A stretch of 64,000 bases of DNA from Gammaproteobacteria bacterium (GTDB lineage Bacteria; Pseudomonadota; Gammaproteobacteria; Ga0077536): the NCBI GenBank assembly GCA_016209015.1, contig JACQWY010000028.1:13356-77355 (forward strand). Reading direction: 5' to 3'. This document shows positions 55,705 to 64,000 of this stretch, one piece after another (position 1 is the stretch's first letter; each line of letters opens with the position of its first letter). The notes beneath the pieces were generated by a model, which did not search any database, was not told where the DNA came from, and was given only the letters and a program-made list of their open reading frames with translations. Both the position numbers and the translations under genes were made by a program.

Positions 55705-56739
55705 ATGACCGACGCCACTTCGCTGATCTCCGACGCGCAAGCCTACGCCGACAGCAAAGACAACGATGCGCGGGCCTTCATCAACAAGCTCGCCGACGCG
55801 GCGAACGTGATCTACGACGGGGTGGTGGGCGACGTCGAGGCCTACCACGTGCCGATCACGGCCGCCGAAACGATGATCGACGACCTCGCCATCACCTTCC
55901 CAGAAATTCCTACCATCGTCGTGCCCGGCTACACCGTGCCGGCCGTCCCGACCATCTCCTTCACGCCCATCATCCACGACATCACGCTGCTCGAGGCCGC
56001 GCGCTCCAAGCTGCTCGGCGATCTCCAGGCCGGTGGGTACGGCATCGATGTCAATGACGAAACCCAGCTTCTCGATCGCGAGCGCGAGCGCATCGTCGCC
56101 GAGGCCCAGCAGACCGCCGACTCCGTCGAAGTCGCGTTCGCGACCCGCCGCTTCAGCGAGCCCCCGGGCACGATGTTCGGCGCCATGTCGCGCATGAAGG
56201 AGTCGATCCGCGAAGCCGTCCAGCTCGCGAGCCGCAACATCTACATCCAGCGCGCGACGCAGTTCTTTCAGGCCAGGCAGTTCGCCGTCCAGACCGCGGC
56301 GACCCTCGATCGCACGCGCGCCGACATCATCGAGATCCAGTTCCAGATCGAAGAGGCCCGCGCGCGTTTCGCGCTCGCGCTGTTCCAATCCCAGCTCGAG
56401 CAGTTCAAGACCCAGCTCTCGGCGGCGATCGACAAGGCGAGCCTCGCCGTTCGGATCTACGAGGCGCAGGCCACGATGGTCGACGCGCGCGCCCGGATCT
56501 CCACCCAGAAAGCGCAGGTCTTCATCGCCGAGTACCAAGCCAACGTGCAGGCATTCCTCGGCGTCATGGAGATCCGCCTGCGCAACGCTCAGAACAAGCT
56601 CGCCGCCGCGACCGCGACGGGCGACGCACGCCGCGACGCCGCGAAAGCCGGCGCCGATTTCTATTCGACGCTGGTCGCCGGCGCCCTCGGCGCGGTGAAC
56701 ACCATGGTCAGCCAGTCCGCACAGGAGACCACTGCATGA
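55705..56739 (+). CDS. internal virion/ejection-type protein (344 aa)
   Basis: helical, Ala/Gln-rich; position before the giant protein. Confidence 0.4.
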   Translation: MTDATSLISDAQAYADSKDNDARAFINKLADAANVIYDGVVGDVEAYHVPITAAETMIDDLAITFPEIPTIVVPGYTVPAVPTISFTPIIHDITLLEAARSKLLGDLQAGGYGIDVNDETQLLDRERERIVAEAQQTADSVEVAFATRRFSEPPGTMFGAMSRMKESIREAVQLASRNIYIQRATQFFQARQFAVQTAATLDRTRADIIEIQFQIEEARARFALALFQSQLEQFKTQLSAAIDKASLAVRIYEAQATMVDARARISTQKAQVFIAEYQANVQAFLGVMEIRLRNAQNKLAAATATGDARRDAAKAGADFYSTLVAGALGAVNTMVSQSAQETTA

Positions 56740-58190
56740 GACCCACGATCTACGTGAATTCCGAGGGGGGCGCGGACAACGCGCCGCCGTACGTCCGCGA
56801 CGCCATCACGAGCCTCCAGCAGCGCGCGAGCGCGCAGCGTTCCGCGGCCGCCGCCGTGCAGCCCACCGCGGCGCCGGGCTCCTACGCGAATCCCCTGCAG
56901 GGCCAGGACCAGACGTCGATCATGGGCCGCGTGAAAGCGGCCGCCGGGATCCCGGGGCCGGGCGCCGCACCCGAGACGGGGAACGCCGGTGTGCCGCAGC
57001 CGCCGCAGCCGCCGCAGCCCGGCGTCAACGGCAGCGCGCCGGCGCCGAAGGGCATCATCGGCAAGGTGGCCGGCGCGGCAGGCCGCGTCTCGCGCTCGCC
57101 GGTCGGCCGCTACGTCGCACCCATCGCGGGGGCCGCGCAGGCGATTCACGGGCTCGCGGACGTCGCGGGCGGTGATACCGTCAATGGCGTCGAGAACACC
57201 GTGCTCGGCGGCCTCACTGCCATCCCGGCGACAGCGCCGGCCGGCATCATCGGCAACGTCCTGAAGACGGCGCGCGATGCCGCGCTCGGCTGGGGCGCCC
57301 AGAAGTACGTCGACGCAACGACGCCCCCGAACTCGGGCTCGCGCATCGTCGGACCCGCGCTCGCGGCCCAGCTCAACGGCAAGACGCCCGAGCGGGCACT
57401 CATCGACGCCGGTCATCGGGCCGCCCCTGGACAGCCCCAGAAACCGACGGAGAGCACGCCTGCGCCGATTTCGGCCCCTGCCGCACCGAGCCCCGCGTCG
57501 CTCGTCGATAATGGCGCCTACGTGCCTCCGCGGGGCACCGGCATCATTCGGAACAACGGCACCGGGGCGATCACCGAGATCAACGGATCCCCGGCCCCGG
57601 AGCAGGTCGCCCAGGCGCCCTCCGACATCGGTCGTCGCGAGCCCGTGAACGTCCCGAACGCGGCGCTCGCCACCGACATCGATACGCTGCCGCAGTTCTT
57701 GCAGGGAGCCTCGGAGGCCGGTCAGGCGCTCGTCAATAACAAGCAGCAGGCCGCGAAGGAGGCGGGGCTCATCCGCCGCGCGAAAGCGGGCCAGGAATAC
57801 CAGAAGGGCGAGACCGAGCTCGGTGCGCAGCAGCGCCTCGATCACGTGCTCGAGCAGCTTACCCAGCTCAACGACCAGAACGATCCGCAGGGCGCGAAGC
57901 GTGCCGAGCTCCAGAACACCGCGCTCACGCTCCGCGGCCACGTCCCGACGACGTCCGACACCCCCGAAGATCGCTACCGCAACACGCTCACGAAAGGCGT
58001 GCTGCCGGCGGCGCTCGACGAGAAGGGGCGCACCGATGCGCTCAAGTGGGTGGATCAGCAGATGGCCGACTACCGGGAGCGCCGCTCCGGCCGTGCGGCC
58101 GCGCCGCAGTACGAAGAGGGCAAGGTCTACGTCGACGGGAAAGGAAATCGCGCGAAGTACCAGAACGGGCAGTGGGTGGCGGCAGCGTGA
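56736..58190 (+). CDS. internal virion/ejection-type protein (484 aa), Pro/Gly/Ala-rich
   Basis: low-complexity PQPPQPPQPG region; coupled. Confidence 0.4.
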   Translation: MRPTIYVNSEGGADNAPPYVRDAITSLQQRASAQRSAAAAVQPTAAPGSYANPLQGQDQTSIMGRVKAAAGIPGPGAAPETGNAGVPQPPQPPQPGVNGSAPAPKGIIGKVAGAAGRVSRSPVGRYVAPIAGAAQAIHGLADVAGGDTVNGVENTVLGGLTAIPATAPAGIIGNVLKTARDAALGWGAQKYVDATTPPNSGSRIVGPALAAQLNGKTPERALIDAGHRAAPGQPQKPTESTPAPISAPAAPSPASLVDNGAYVPPRGTGIIRNNGTGAITEINGSPAPEQVAQAPSDIGRREPVNVPNAALATDIDTLPQFLQGASEAGQALVNNKQQAAKEAGLIRRAKAGQEYQKGETELGAQQRLDHVLEQLTQLNDQNDPQGAKRAELQNTALTLRGHVPTTSDTPEDRYRNTLTKGVLPAALDEKGRTDALKWVDQQMADYRERRSGRAAAPQYEEGKVYVDGKGNRAKYQNGQWVAAA

Positions 58191-61100
58191 TCAACTTCGA
58201 CCCGTCTACCGCACGTCTCGAGGCCGCGCCGGCTGCCGGCGGTTTCGACCCGTCCACGGCGCAGCTCGCGCCCGAGCCCGAGAAGCCCGGCATCATCGCG
58301 CGCGCGGCCGGCGCCGCGGGGTCCGCGGGCCGCGGGCTGCTCGACACCGCAAAGGCCGACGTCGGCAAGATCACCGAGGCGGTGGCGCCGGCTGCGCCCG
58401 CTCCGGTCGCGACGCCGACGCCAGCCCCGGCGCCGGCTCCCCTGCCGGCTGCCGCGCCGGCGCCGAACTTCCGTCCCGAGACCGCGAAGCCCGCCCCCGA
58501 GCCGCAGCAACCCGGCACCGGCGGGATCGGCAGCGAATTCGTGCAGGGGTTCAAGGCGGGTGTCGGTGGTCAGAACGCCTCGATGCTCGGCGGCGCCCTC
58601 GAGGCCGGCGGCATCATCGCGCGCAACCGCGCGCCCGGCATGGCGAAGGCTGCGATCGACGCCGGCCAGAAGCTCCAGGACTGGGGCACCGAGCACACGC
58701 CGACGCCGCAGGTCGGCAGCATCACGGACGTCCCGGGTGACGGCATCCTGGACACCGCGGAGCGCGCCGCGAAGTACGCGGCATTCCAGGCGGGCTCGGG
58801 CATCGGCACGTCAGCACCCTCGCTCGTCGCCGGCACCGCGGCCGGGCTCGCCACCGAGAATCCGCTCGTCGGCTTCCTCGCAGGCGCCGTCGGGCCCTCG
58901 TACCTCCAGAATCTCGGCGACGTCTACACGAGCGCGAAATCCGATCCGGACATCTCGAAAGCGCTCTCGAGCGGCCATCTCACGCCAGAGCAGATCGCGC
59001 GTACCTCGGCGCTCGCCGCCGTGCCGATCGCGGCGCTCGACGCGCTCTCGCTCGAAAACGTGCTCCACAACGCGTTCAAGCCGGCGAAGGACGAGCTCGC
59101 GAAACGGATCCTCAAGGGCATCGCCACCGGCGCGATTACCGAGGGCTCGACCGAAGGCCTGCAGGACGTCGTCTCGCAGTGGGCACAATCCACGCTCGGC
59201 CAGCACAAGGAACTCAAGGACCGCGTGGTCGAAGTCGTCGACAACGCACTCGGAGGCGTGTTCTCTGGCGGTCTGATGGGTGGCGTCAGCGGAGTGCGCG
59301 GTCATCCGAACGAGCCCCCGCCGGCTCCCGGCGGTGCCGCCTACGTGCCGCGTGAAGGCGAAGTCATCCCGGGCGCGCCGCCCGGCACCGCACGGGTCGC
59401 CGCGCCCCAGCCGGCGGGGATGCCGGCCGTCCCCGGCGTGCCGCCAGGTGCGCCGCCCGCCGGCCCCGCGCTCACGCCGCCGCGCACCGCGCCGACCCGC
59501 GTCGACCCCGCGCACATCATGGACGCGACCCAGCGCGGCATTCTCATCCCGGTGCAGCAGCCCGGAGGCATGATCTCGCGCGCTCGTGCGCAGCAGAAGA
59601 CGGCGGAGGGAACTCACCAGCCCGACGCGCCGGCGCCGGGCATGGTTCGCATGTACCACGGCGGAAGCGTAGAAGCGGGCGTTGATGGTCCCCGCTGGTT
59701 CTCCAGCAACAAGAACTATGCACAGCAATACGCTGAGAGAGTGGGCGCGGGGAAACATCTCTATTACGTCGACATTCCGGAAAGTCATCCATCCGTGGCT
59801 CCCGATGAATTCAATCCGGAGCAGTCGATCAAGAATGGATTTACGGTGAATACAGAGTTGCCCGAAGAGATCGCGAGGAACGCAAAGCCGCTATCTTCGG
59901 TCGACGAGTCTCTCACCAACGTCCCCGCACAACCCGCCGCCCCAGCCCAAGAGAAAGGGACAGTAGCGACCGCTAGTGTCCATTCCCCGGAGGCCTTCAC
60001 CCCCACCCACGAACTCCCCGACGGCACCCCGGTCCGCGCCACGGAGGAGCCGCACGTCTACACCGACGCCGCCGGCACCGAGATCGAAGACCGCAACGCC
60101 AAGCCGTTCGCGGCCGAGCGCATCGCCGCGGCAGCCGCGCAGGCTGCGACCTCCCCGGACAACGCCCTGGCCGAGCCGACCGACGGACAGAAGGCAGCCG
60201 GCAACTATCAGAAAGGACATGTCAACCTGCACGGGCTTGACATCGCGATCGAGAACCCGGCGGGTTCGAAGCGCACCGGGGTCGGCGAGAACGGCAAGCC
60301 GTGGTCCGTGGAGATGTCGGCGCACTACGGCTACCTGAAGCAGACCGAGGGTGCCGATGGCGATCAGGTCGACGTCTACCTGACCGACCACGCGGGAGAT
60401 GCGAATCGCCCGGTCTACGTCTTCGATCAAGTCAGCAAAGACGGGACCTTCGACGAGCACAAGGCCGTGCTGGGCGCCGCAGATCAGACCGAGGCCGAGA
60501 AGCTCTACGACGCGCACTTCAGCGACGGCAGCGGCCCGAAGCGCCGTGCCGCGGTCACGGAGATGAGCATCGCCGAGTTCAAGGACTGGGCGCGCGGGGA
60601 CACGCGGGCGCCTGTCGTCAACGTCGCCACTGGCGAGGAGCACATCCCAACGCGGAAGACGGATTCCACGATCTCGCCGACTCAAACCGAGAAAACCGAC
60701 GAAACCAACAAACCGGCCACGAAACCGTTCGAGCATGGCCCGCGGCAGAATCGCAATCAGGGACAAGTCTTCACGTTCTCTCAGGACATCGCGCATGACA
60801 TTCGACGCGGCGCGAGGCCGGTCAATGACCTGCATCGGAAGCCGACCGGCTGGCTCATGAGTGACGGCGATCGTGGCGTCGTCCTTATCCACCCTCACGA
60901 AGACTCGGGGCTCGTGTTTCGCTTCGACGAGAAGAGCGGTACCGACCACATGCGCGCCCGTGCTCGAGCGCAGGTCTATGCGATCGATAACCGAATCGAA
61001 GGTGGAACGTCGGCGGCCGAGCCAGCGATGGAAGAGCCGAAGTCCGAGGCGCCGCGCGAGCGCTGGAAGAGTTTCACTGTCTCCCCGGCGGCGGACCCCT

Positions 61101-64000
61101 CGTGGTACGTAGTTCGTGAGCCGAGTGCTGGGCAGAGCAGCGCAGCGCAGAACCTCGCGCGGTTTAAGATTCGTGACGACGGTCGCCTCGGGAAGGTGGA
61201 CCATTTCTTCGAGTCGTCGCAGACGCGCGAGCCGGTCGAAAAGGCGATCCGAAGATTTGTCGATTCCCAGAAGCAAGGTCAGGCCGCGCCCGCGAAAGAG
61301 CAGCCGAAGGCCGCGCCTAAGCCGGCACCAGAATCAGTGAAGAAGGACGAGCCGAAAGCCGCCCCGAAACCAGCGCCCGTCGTATCGGCCAACACCATCG
61401 TCACCGACGACACCGCGGAGGCTGCTCGCAAACTGCTCCGCTCCAAGCTCGGGCAACTCAATACCGGCATCGATCCCGAAGTGTTGCAGGCCGGCATCAC
61501 GCTGGCCGTCTACCACATCGAGCGCGGCGCCCGGACGTTCGCGGCCTATGCGAAGGCGATGATCGGGGACCTGGGCGACCTCGTGCGGCCGTACCTCAAA
61601 AGCTGGTACATGGCCGCGAAGTACGATCCCCGCACCACCGACGAACTCCGCGCGGCCATGAGCCCGGCGGACGAGATCGATGCGATCGACGCGTCGGCTA
61701 TACTTAGGGCAGAGGAACCCACCGATGGAATTCAGAACGGCCTACCTGAACGCGATGCGGGATCACAGTCCGCGCGAGTTCAATCAACTGACGCGGAGCG
61801 GCCAGATGGAGGCGCACCTGCAGGAGAAGACGCAGGAGGCGTACCGGATGCTGGACGAGCACTTGGCGAACGTGCCCCGCGCGGCAAACGGGGCGCCACG
61901 CGACGCGCGCGCGGTGAGCGAAGCGGAGAGGATAGTGCTGGACACGCTGATCGACTTCCCACCCGCAGCAACTTCCGAATCGAGCCCGGCGGCCTAGAAG
62001 AGGACCGCGGCTGGACGCAGAAGGCGCGCGATAACGTCCGCGCCATCGAACTACTCCAGGAAATCGAATCTGAGGGCCGCGCGGCCACCCCTGAAGAGCA
62101 GAAGGCGCTCAGCCTGTACGTTGGCTGGGGCGGCATGCCGGGTGTGTTCCCGGTCAAGGAAGGCGACTACGGAAAGGGCTTCGAGAAGGTTGGAGCGCGC
62201 GTGCGCGAACTCCTGACCGACGAGGAATATGACGCCGCCAGCCGCAGCACCCAGTACGCCCACTACACGAGCGAGCGCATCATCCGCTCCATGTGGGATC
62301 TCGCGCAGCGCCTGGGCTTCCGTGGCGGCGCGATATTCGAGCCCGGCATGGGCGTCGGACACTTCGCTGGCCTCATCCCGGCCGACGTCGACCCCGGCAC
62401 CATGTACCAAGGTCTCGAGATGGACCCGACCTCGGCGCGCATCGCCAAGCTGCTCTACCCGAAGTTCGGTGTCCGGCTCGAGGACTTCACGAAGGCGCCG
62501 CTGCCCGAGAACGCATTCGACCTCGTGATCGGCAATCCGCCGTTCGCCGACATCCCGATCAAGGCCGATCCGAAGTACGCGACGCACGGCTTCCTGTTGC
62601 ATGACTACTTCTTCGCGAAGAGCCTCGATGCCGTCAGGCCCGGAGGCCTCCTGATGTTCATCTCGTCGGCAGGCACGATGAACAAGCAGGACACGAAGGC
62701 GCGCGAGTGGATGGCGAAGCGGGCGGATCTCATCGGCGCGGTGCGCCTGCCCTCGAACGCGTTCAAGCAGAACGCTGGCACCGAGGTCACGACTGACATT
62801 CTCGTGTTTCGGAAGCGCCGCCCCGGCGAAGCGATTCGGGTGAATAGCTCTGGCCGCTGGTTGACCCAGACGAACGACGCCGGAGAGGCTGTCGGCTCCC
62901 CGGTTCTTGAAGACGCGCCGGAATGGGTCGACGTGTCCGAGATCACGCTGCCGAACAAGGACGGCGTACCCACCACGGGCTACTCGAATCAGTATTTCGT
63001 CGAGCATCCCGAGATGGTGCTCGGAGAGCAAGGTTTCTTCGACAAGCTCTATCAGGGGCGCTACGCCGTGCACGCGACGCCCGGCGCCGATCTGGCCGCG
63101 CAGCTCCGCGAAGCGCTCGGCCGGTTCCCGTCCCAGGTGATGTCGGACTGGACCACGACGCACAGCCACGACGATCTCGACTTCGCGAGCGGCGAGCGCA
63201 AGGAGGGCAGCTACTACCTCGACAAGGACGGTCGCCTCATGCAATTCACGGGCGGCGTAGGCCGCGCGGTGGAACGCCGCGGCAAAGGCGTGGAGGGCGG
63301 CAAGTCCAAAGACGAGCTCGACCGCATTCGCGCGCTCATCCCGATGCGCGACGCGCTGCGCGCCGTCTATGCCGCGGATCTCGGCGGGCAAGCCGAGAAG
63401 GCCACGGCGGCACGCGCTGCACTGAACAAGGCTTACGACAAATTCGTCGCCGAGTTCGGTCCCATCAATCAGGCGGAATTCAGCTACCGCCGTCCGAACA
63501 GGGTCCAGGCAGAGAGCGCACGCGCGGAGGCGCGCGAGGAAGCACGCTCAGCCGGGCTGCCGTTCGATGAGGGTTCGTTCGATCCGACGCGCATGGTCAA
63601 GGCGGGCGCCACACTCGCGGCCATCGGGAAGGCGCGCGCGGAGGCGCGCGAAGCCGCGCTCACCGCCGGCGAGGAATGGCGCGAGGGCAGCTTCGACCCC
63701 GAGGACATGCCGGACATCGTCATCGAGAAGCGGCCGAACATCGATCCGTTCATCGACGACCAGGAGTCCTACCGCCTGCGCGCGATCGAGCGCTACGACG
63801 AGGCGACCGGCAAGGCGACCAAGGGTCTCGTGTTCTCCGAGAGCACGCTCGCCCGCGAGCGCAAGCCCACCATCAACAGCGTCGGTGACGCTCTGTTCCA
63901 CGTCCTCAACGTCCAGGGCTATCCGGACATCGACGCGATCGCCGAGGCCGCGGGGAAATCTCCGACCGAAGTACTGTCCGAGCTCGGCAATTCGCTGTTC
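58187..64000 (+). CDS. giant virion 'polyvalent' protein (>1,938 aa, 3' end beyond the window) with an N6-adenine DNA methyltransferase domain; DarB-like injected anti-restriction candidate
   Basis: frame open from the GTG at 58187 to the window edge (missing from the ORF track because it has no stop inside the window); motif I FEPGMGVGHF (~62340), motif IV VIGNPPFAD (62534-62545); low-GC insert 59640-59900 with ART-like R/S motifs. Confidence 0.65.
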   Translation, partial: MINFDPSTARLEAAPAAGGFDPSTAQLAPEPEKPGIIARAAGAAGSAGRGLLDTAKADVGKITEAVAPAAPAPVATPTPAPAPAPLPAAAPAPNFRPETAKPAPEPQQPGTGGIGSEFVQGFKAGVGGQNASMLGGALEAGGIIARNRAPGMAKAAIDAGQKLQDWGTEHTPTPQVGSITDVPGDGILDTAERAAKYAAFQAGSGIGTSAPSLVAGTAAGLATENPLVGFLAGAVGPSYLQNLGDVYTSAKSDPDISKALSSGHLTPEQIARTSALAAVPIAALDALSLENVLHNAFKPAKDELAKRILKGIATGAITEGSTEGLQDVVSQWAQSTLGQHKELKDRVVEVVDNALGGVFSGGLMGGVSGVRGHPNEPPPAPGGAAYVPREGEVIPGAPPGTARVAAPQPAGMPAVPGVPPGAPPAGPALTPPRTAPTRVDPAHIMDATQRGILIPVQQPGGMISRARAQQKTAEGTHQPDAPAPGMVRMYHGGSVEAGVDGPRWFSSNKNYAQQYAERVGAGKHLYYVDIPESHPSVAPDEFNPEQSIKNGFTVNTELPEEIARNAKPLSSVDESLTNVPAQPAAPAQEKGTVATASVHSPEAFTPTHELPDGTPVRATEEPHVYTDAAGTEIEDRNAKPFAAERIAAAAAQAATSPDNALAEPTDGQKAAGNYQKGHVNLHGLDIAIENPAGSKRTGVGENGKPWSVEMSAHYGYLKQTEGADGDQVDVYLTDHAGDANRPVYVFDQVSKDGTFDEHKAVLGAADQTEAEKLYDAHFSDGSGPKRRAAVTEMSIAEFKDWARGDTRAPVVNVATGEEHIPTRKTDSTISPTQTEKTDETNKPATKPFEHGPRQNRNQGQVFTFSQDIAHDIRRGARPVNDLHRKPTGWLMSDGDRGVVLIHPHEDSGLVFRFDEKSGTDHMRARARAQVYAIDNRIEGGTSAAEPAMEEPKSEAPRERWKSFTVSPAADPSWYVVREPSAGQSSAAQNLARFKIRDDGRLGKVDHFFESSQTREPVEKAIRRFVDSQKQGQAAPAKEQPKAAPKPAPESVKKDEPKAAPKPAPVVSANTIVTDDTAEAARKLLRSKLGQLNTGIDPEVLQAGITLAVYHIERGARTFAAYAKAMIGDLGDLVRPYLKSWYMAAKYDPRTTDELRAAMSPADEIDAIDASAILRAEEPTDGIQNGLPERDAGSQSARVQSTDAERPDGGAPAGEDAGGVPDAGRALGERAPRGKRGATRRARGERSGEDSAGHADRLPTRSNFRIEPGGLEEDRGWTQKARDNVRAIELLQEIESEGRAATPEEQKALSLYVGWGGMPGVFPVKEGDYGKGFEKVGARVRELLTDEEYDAASRSTQYAHYTSERIIRSMWDLAQRLGFRGGAIFEPGMGVGHFAGLIPADVDPGTMYQGLEMDPTSARIAKLLYPKFGVRLEDFTKAPLPENAFDLVIGNPPFADIPIKADPKYATHGFLLHDYFFAKSLDAVRPGGLLMFISSAGTMNKQDTKAREWMAKRADLIGAVRLPSNAFKQNAGTEVTTDILVFRKRRPGEAIRVNSSGRWLTQTNDAGEAVGSPVLEDAPEWVDVSEITLPNKDGVPTTGYSNQYFVEHPEMVLGEQGFFDKLYQGRYAVHATPGADLAAQLREALGRFPSQVMSDWTTTHSHDDLDFASGERKEGSYYLDKDGRLMQFTGGVGRAVERRGKGVEGGKSKDELDRIRALIPMRDALRAVYAADLGGQAEKATAARAALNKAYDKFVAEFGPINQAEFSYRRPNRVQAESARAEAREEARSAGLPFDEGSFDPTRMVKAGATLAAIGKARAEAREAALTAGEEWREGSFDPEDMPDIVIEKRPNIDPFIDDQESYRLRAIERYDEATGKATKGLVFSESTLARERKPTINSVGDALFHVLNVQGYPDIDAIAEAAGKSPTEVLSELGNSLF
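61725..61997 (+). CDS. embedded alternative-frame ORF (90 aa, MEFRTAYLNAMRDH...) with its own RBS inside the giant gene; status uncertain
   Basis: GAGGAA 7 nt upstream of the ATG; local third-position GC is high in this frame and low in the giant-gene frame; ends at TAG exactly where giant-frame codon usage recovers. Confidence 0.25.
   Translation: MEFRTAYLNAMRDHSPREFNQLTRSGQMEAHLQEKTQEAYRMLDEHLANVPRAANGAPRDARAVSEAERIVLDTLIDFPPAATSESSPAA

Noticed and set aside
59976-61340. Several 70-165-aa plus-strand ORFs listed within 59.9-61.4 kb
   Set aside because: All are alternative frames of the continuous giant gene, whose own frame is open throughout.
1-64000. CRISPR arrays, reverse transcriptase / DGR template-variable repeats, transposase or IS elements
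   Set aside because: No regularly spaced direct repeats, no RT motifs (YxDD) in any frame, and no transposase-like ORFs or terminal inverted repeats were seen. The GRxxHxG protein repeats are tandem intragenic units, not a TR/VR pair.

Overview
High-GC (~64-66%) proteobacterial-type DNA. About the first 6.1 kb is a flanking accessory island. From ~6.15 kb to the window end (>58 kb, right end not reached) the sequence is one large prophage integrated at the 3' end of a tRNA gene, laid out like lambda in four modules.

**Flanking island (1-6.1 kb):** an uncharacterised 4-gene operon with a HEAGH metallopeptidase/BON protein, a low-GC secreted protein, a DUF4145 protein, and a convergent Gp37/Gp68 (PF07505) + TcmP-like pair.

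**Early and immunity module:** partial tRNA att site, tyrosine integrase, and an excisionase-like gene. A long leftward early operon follows: many small ORFs, a second Gp37/Gp68 copy, MazG, a DnaQ-like exonuclease, a YqaJ-like exonuclease and a candidate annealase. The immunity region has OL, a membrane protein, a cI-like repressor, OR and cro, with five TAGC-N4-GCTA operators, then a lambda-CII-like regulator.

**Replication, nin-like region and lysis:** a replication module with a candidate iteron origin inside the initiator gene. The nin-like region carries a C5-cytosine methyltransferase and a truncated second methyltransferase. A Q-like antiterminator is followed by a tR'-like terminator, then the lysis cassette (SLT endolysin, holin-like proteins, overlapping spanins).

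**Late module:** terminase small and large subunits, portal, scaffold, major capsid, tail/adaptor genes with no tape-measure gene (podovirus-like), an SPRY-domain fibre, and ejection-type proteins. It ends in a giant (>1,900 aa, truncated by the window) virion polyvalent protein with an N6-adenine methyltransferase domain.

**Most interesting loci:**
- two divergently arranged leftward moron operons (27.7-30.5 kb), one driven by a near-consensus sigma70 promoter next to a C9T8 tract;
- an 11-kb accessory cluster (30.5-41.3 kb) between lysis and terminase encoding three signal-peptide proteins (two beta-helix 'YVAP' N-termini, one Kelch-like), spike/fibre-like proteins, and a 21-aa 'GR(R/L)xHxG' tandem-repeat family;
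- a four-member structural paralog family;
- a reading-frame anomaly with an embedded RBS-bearing ORF inside the giant gene.

All calls are from reading the sequence; no database searches were run.
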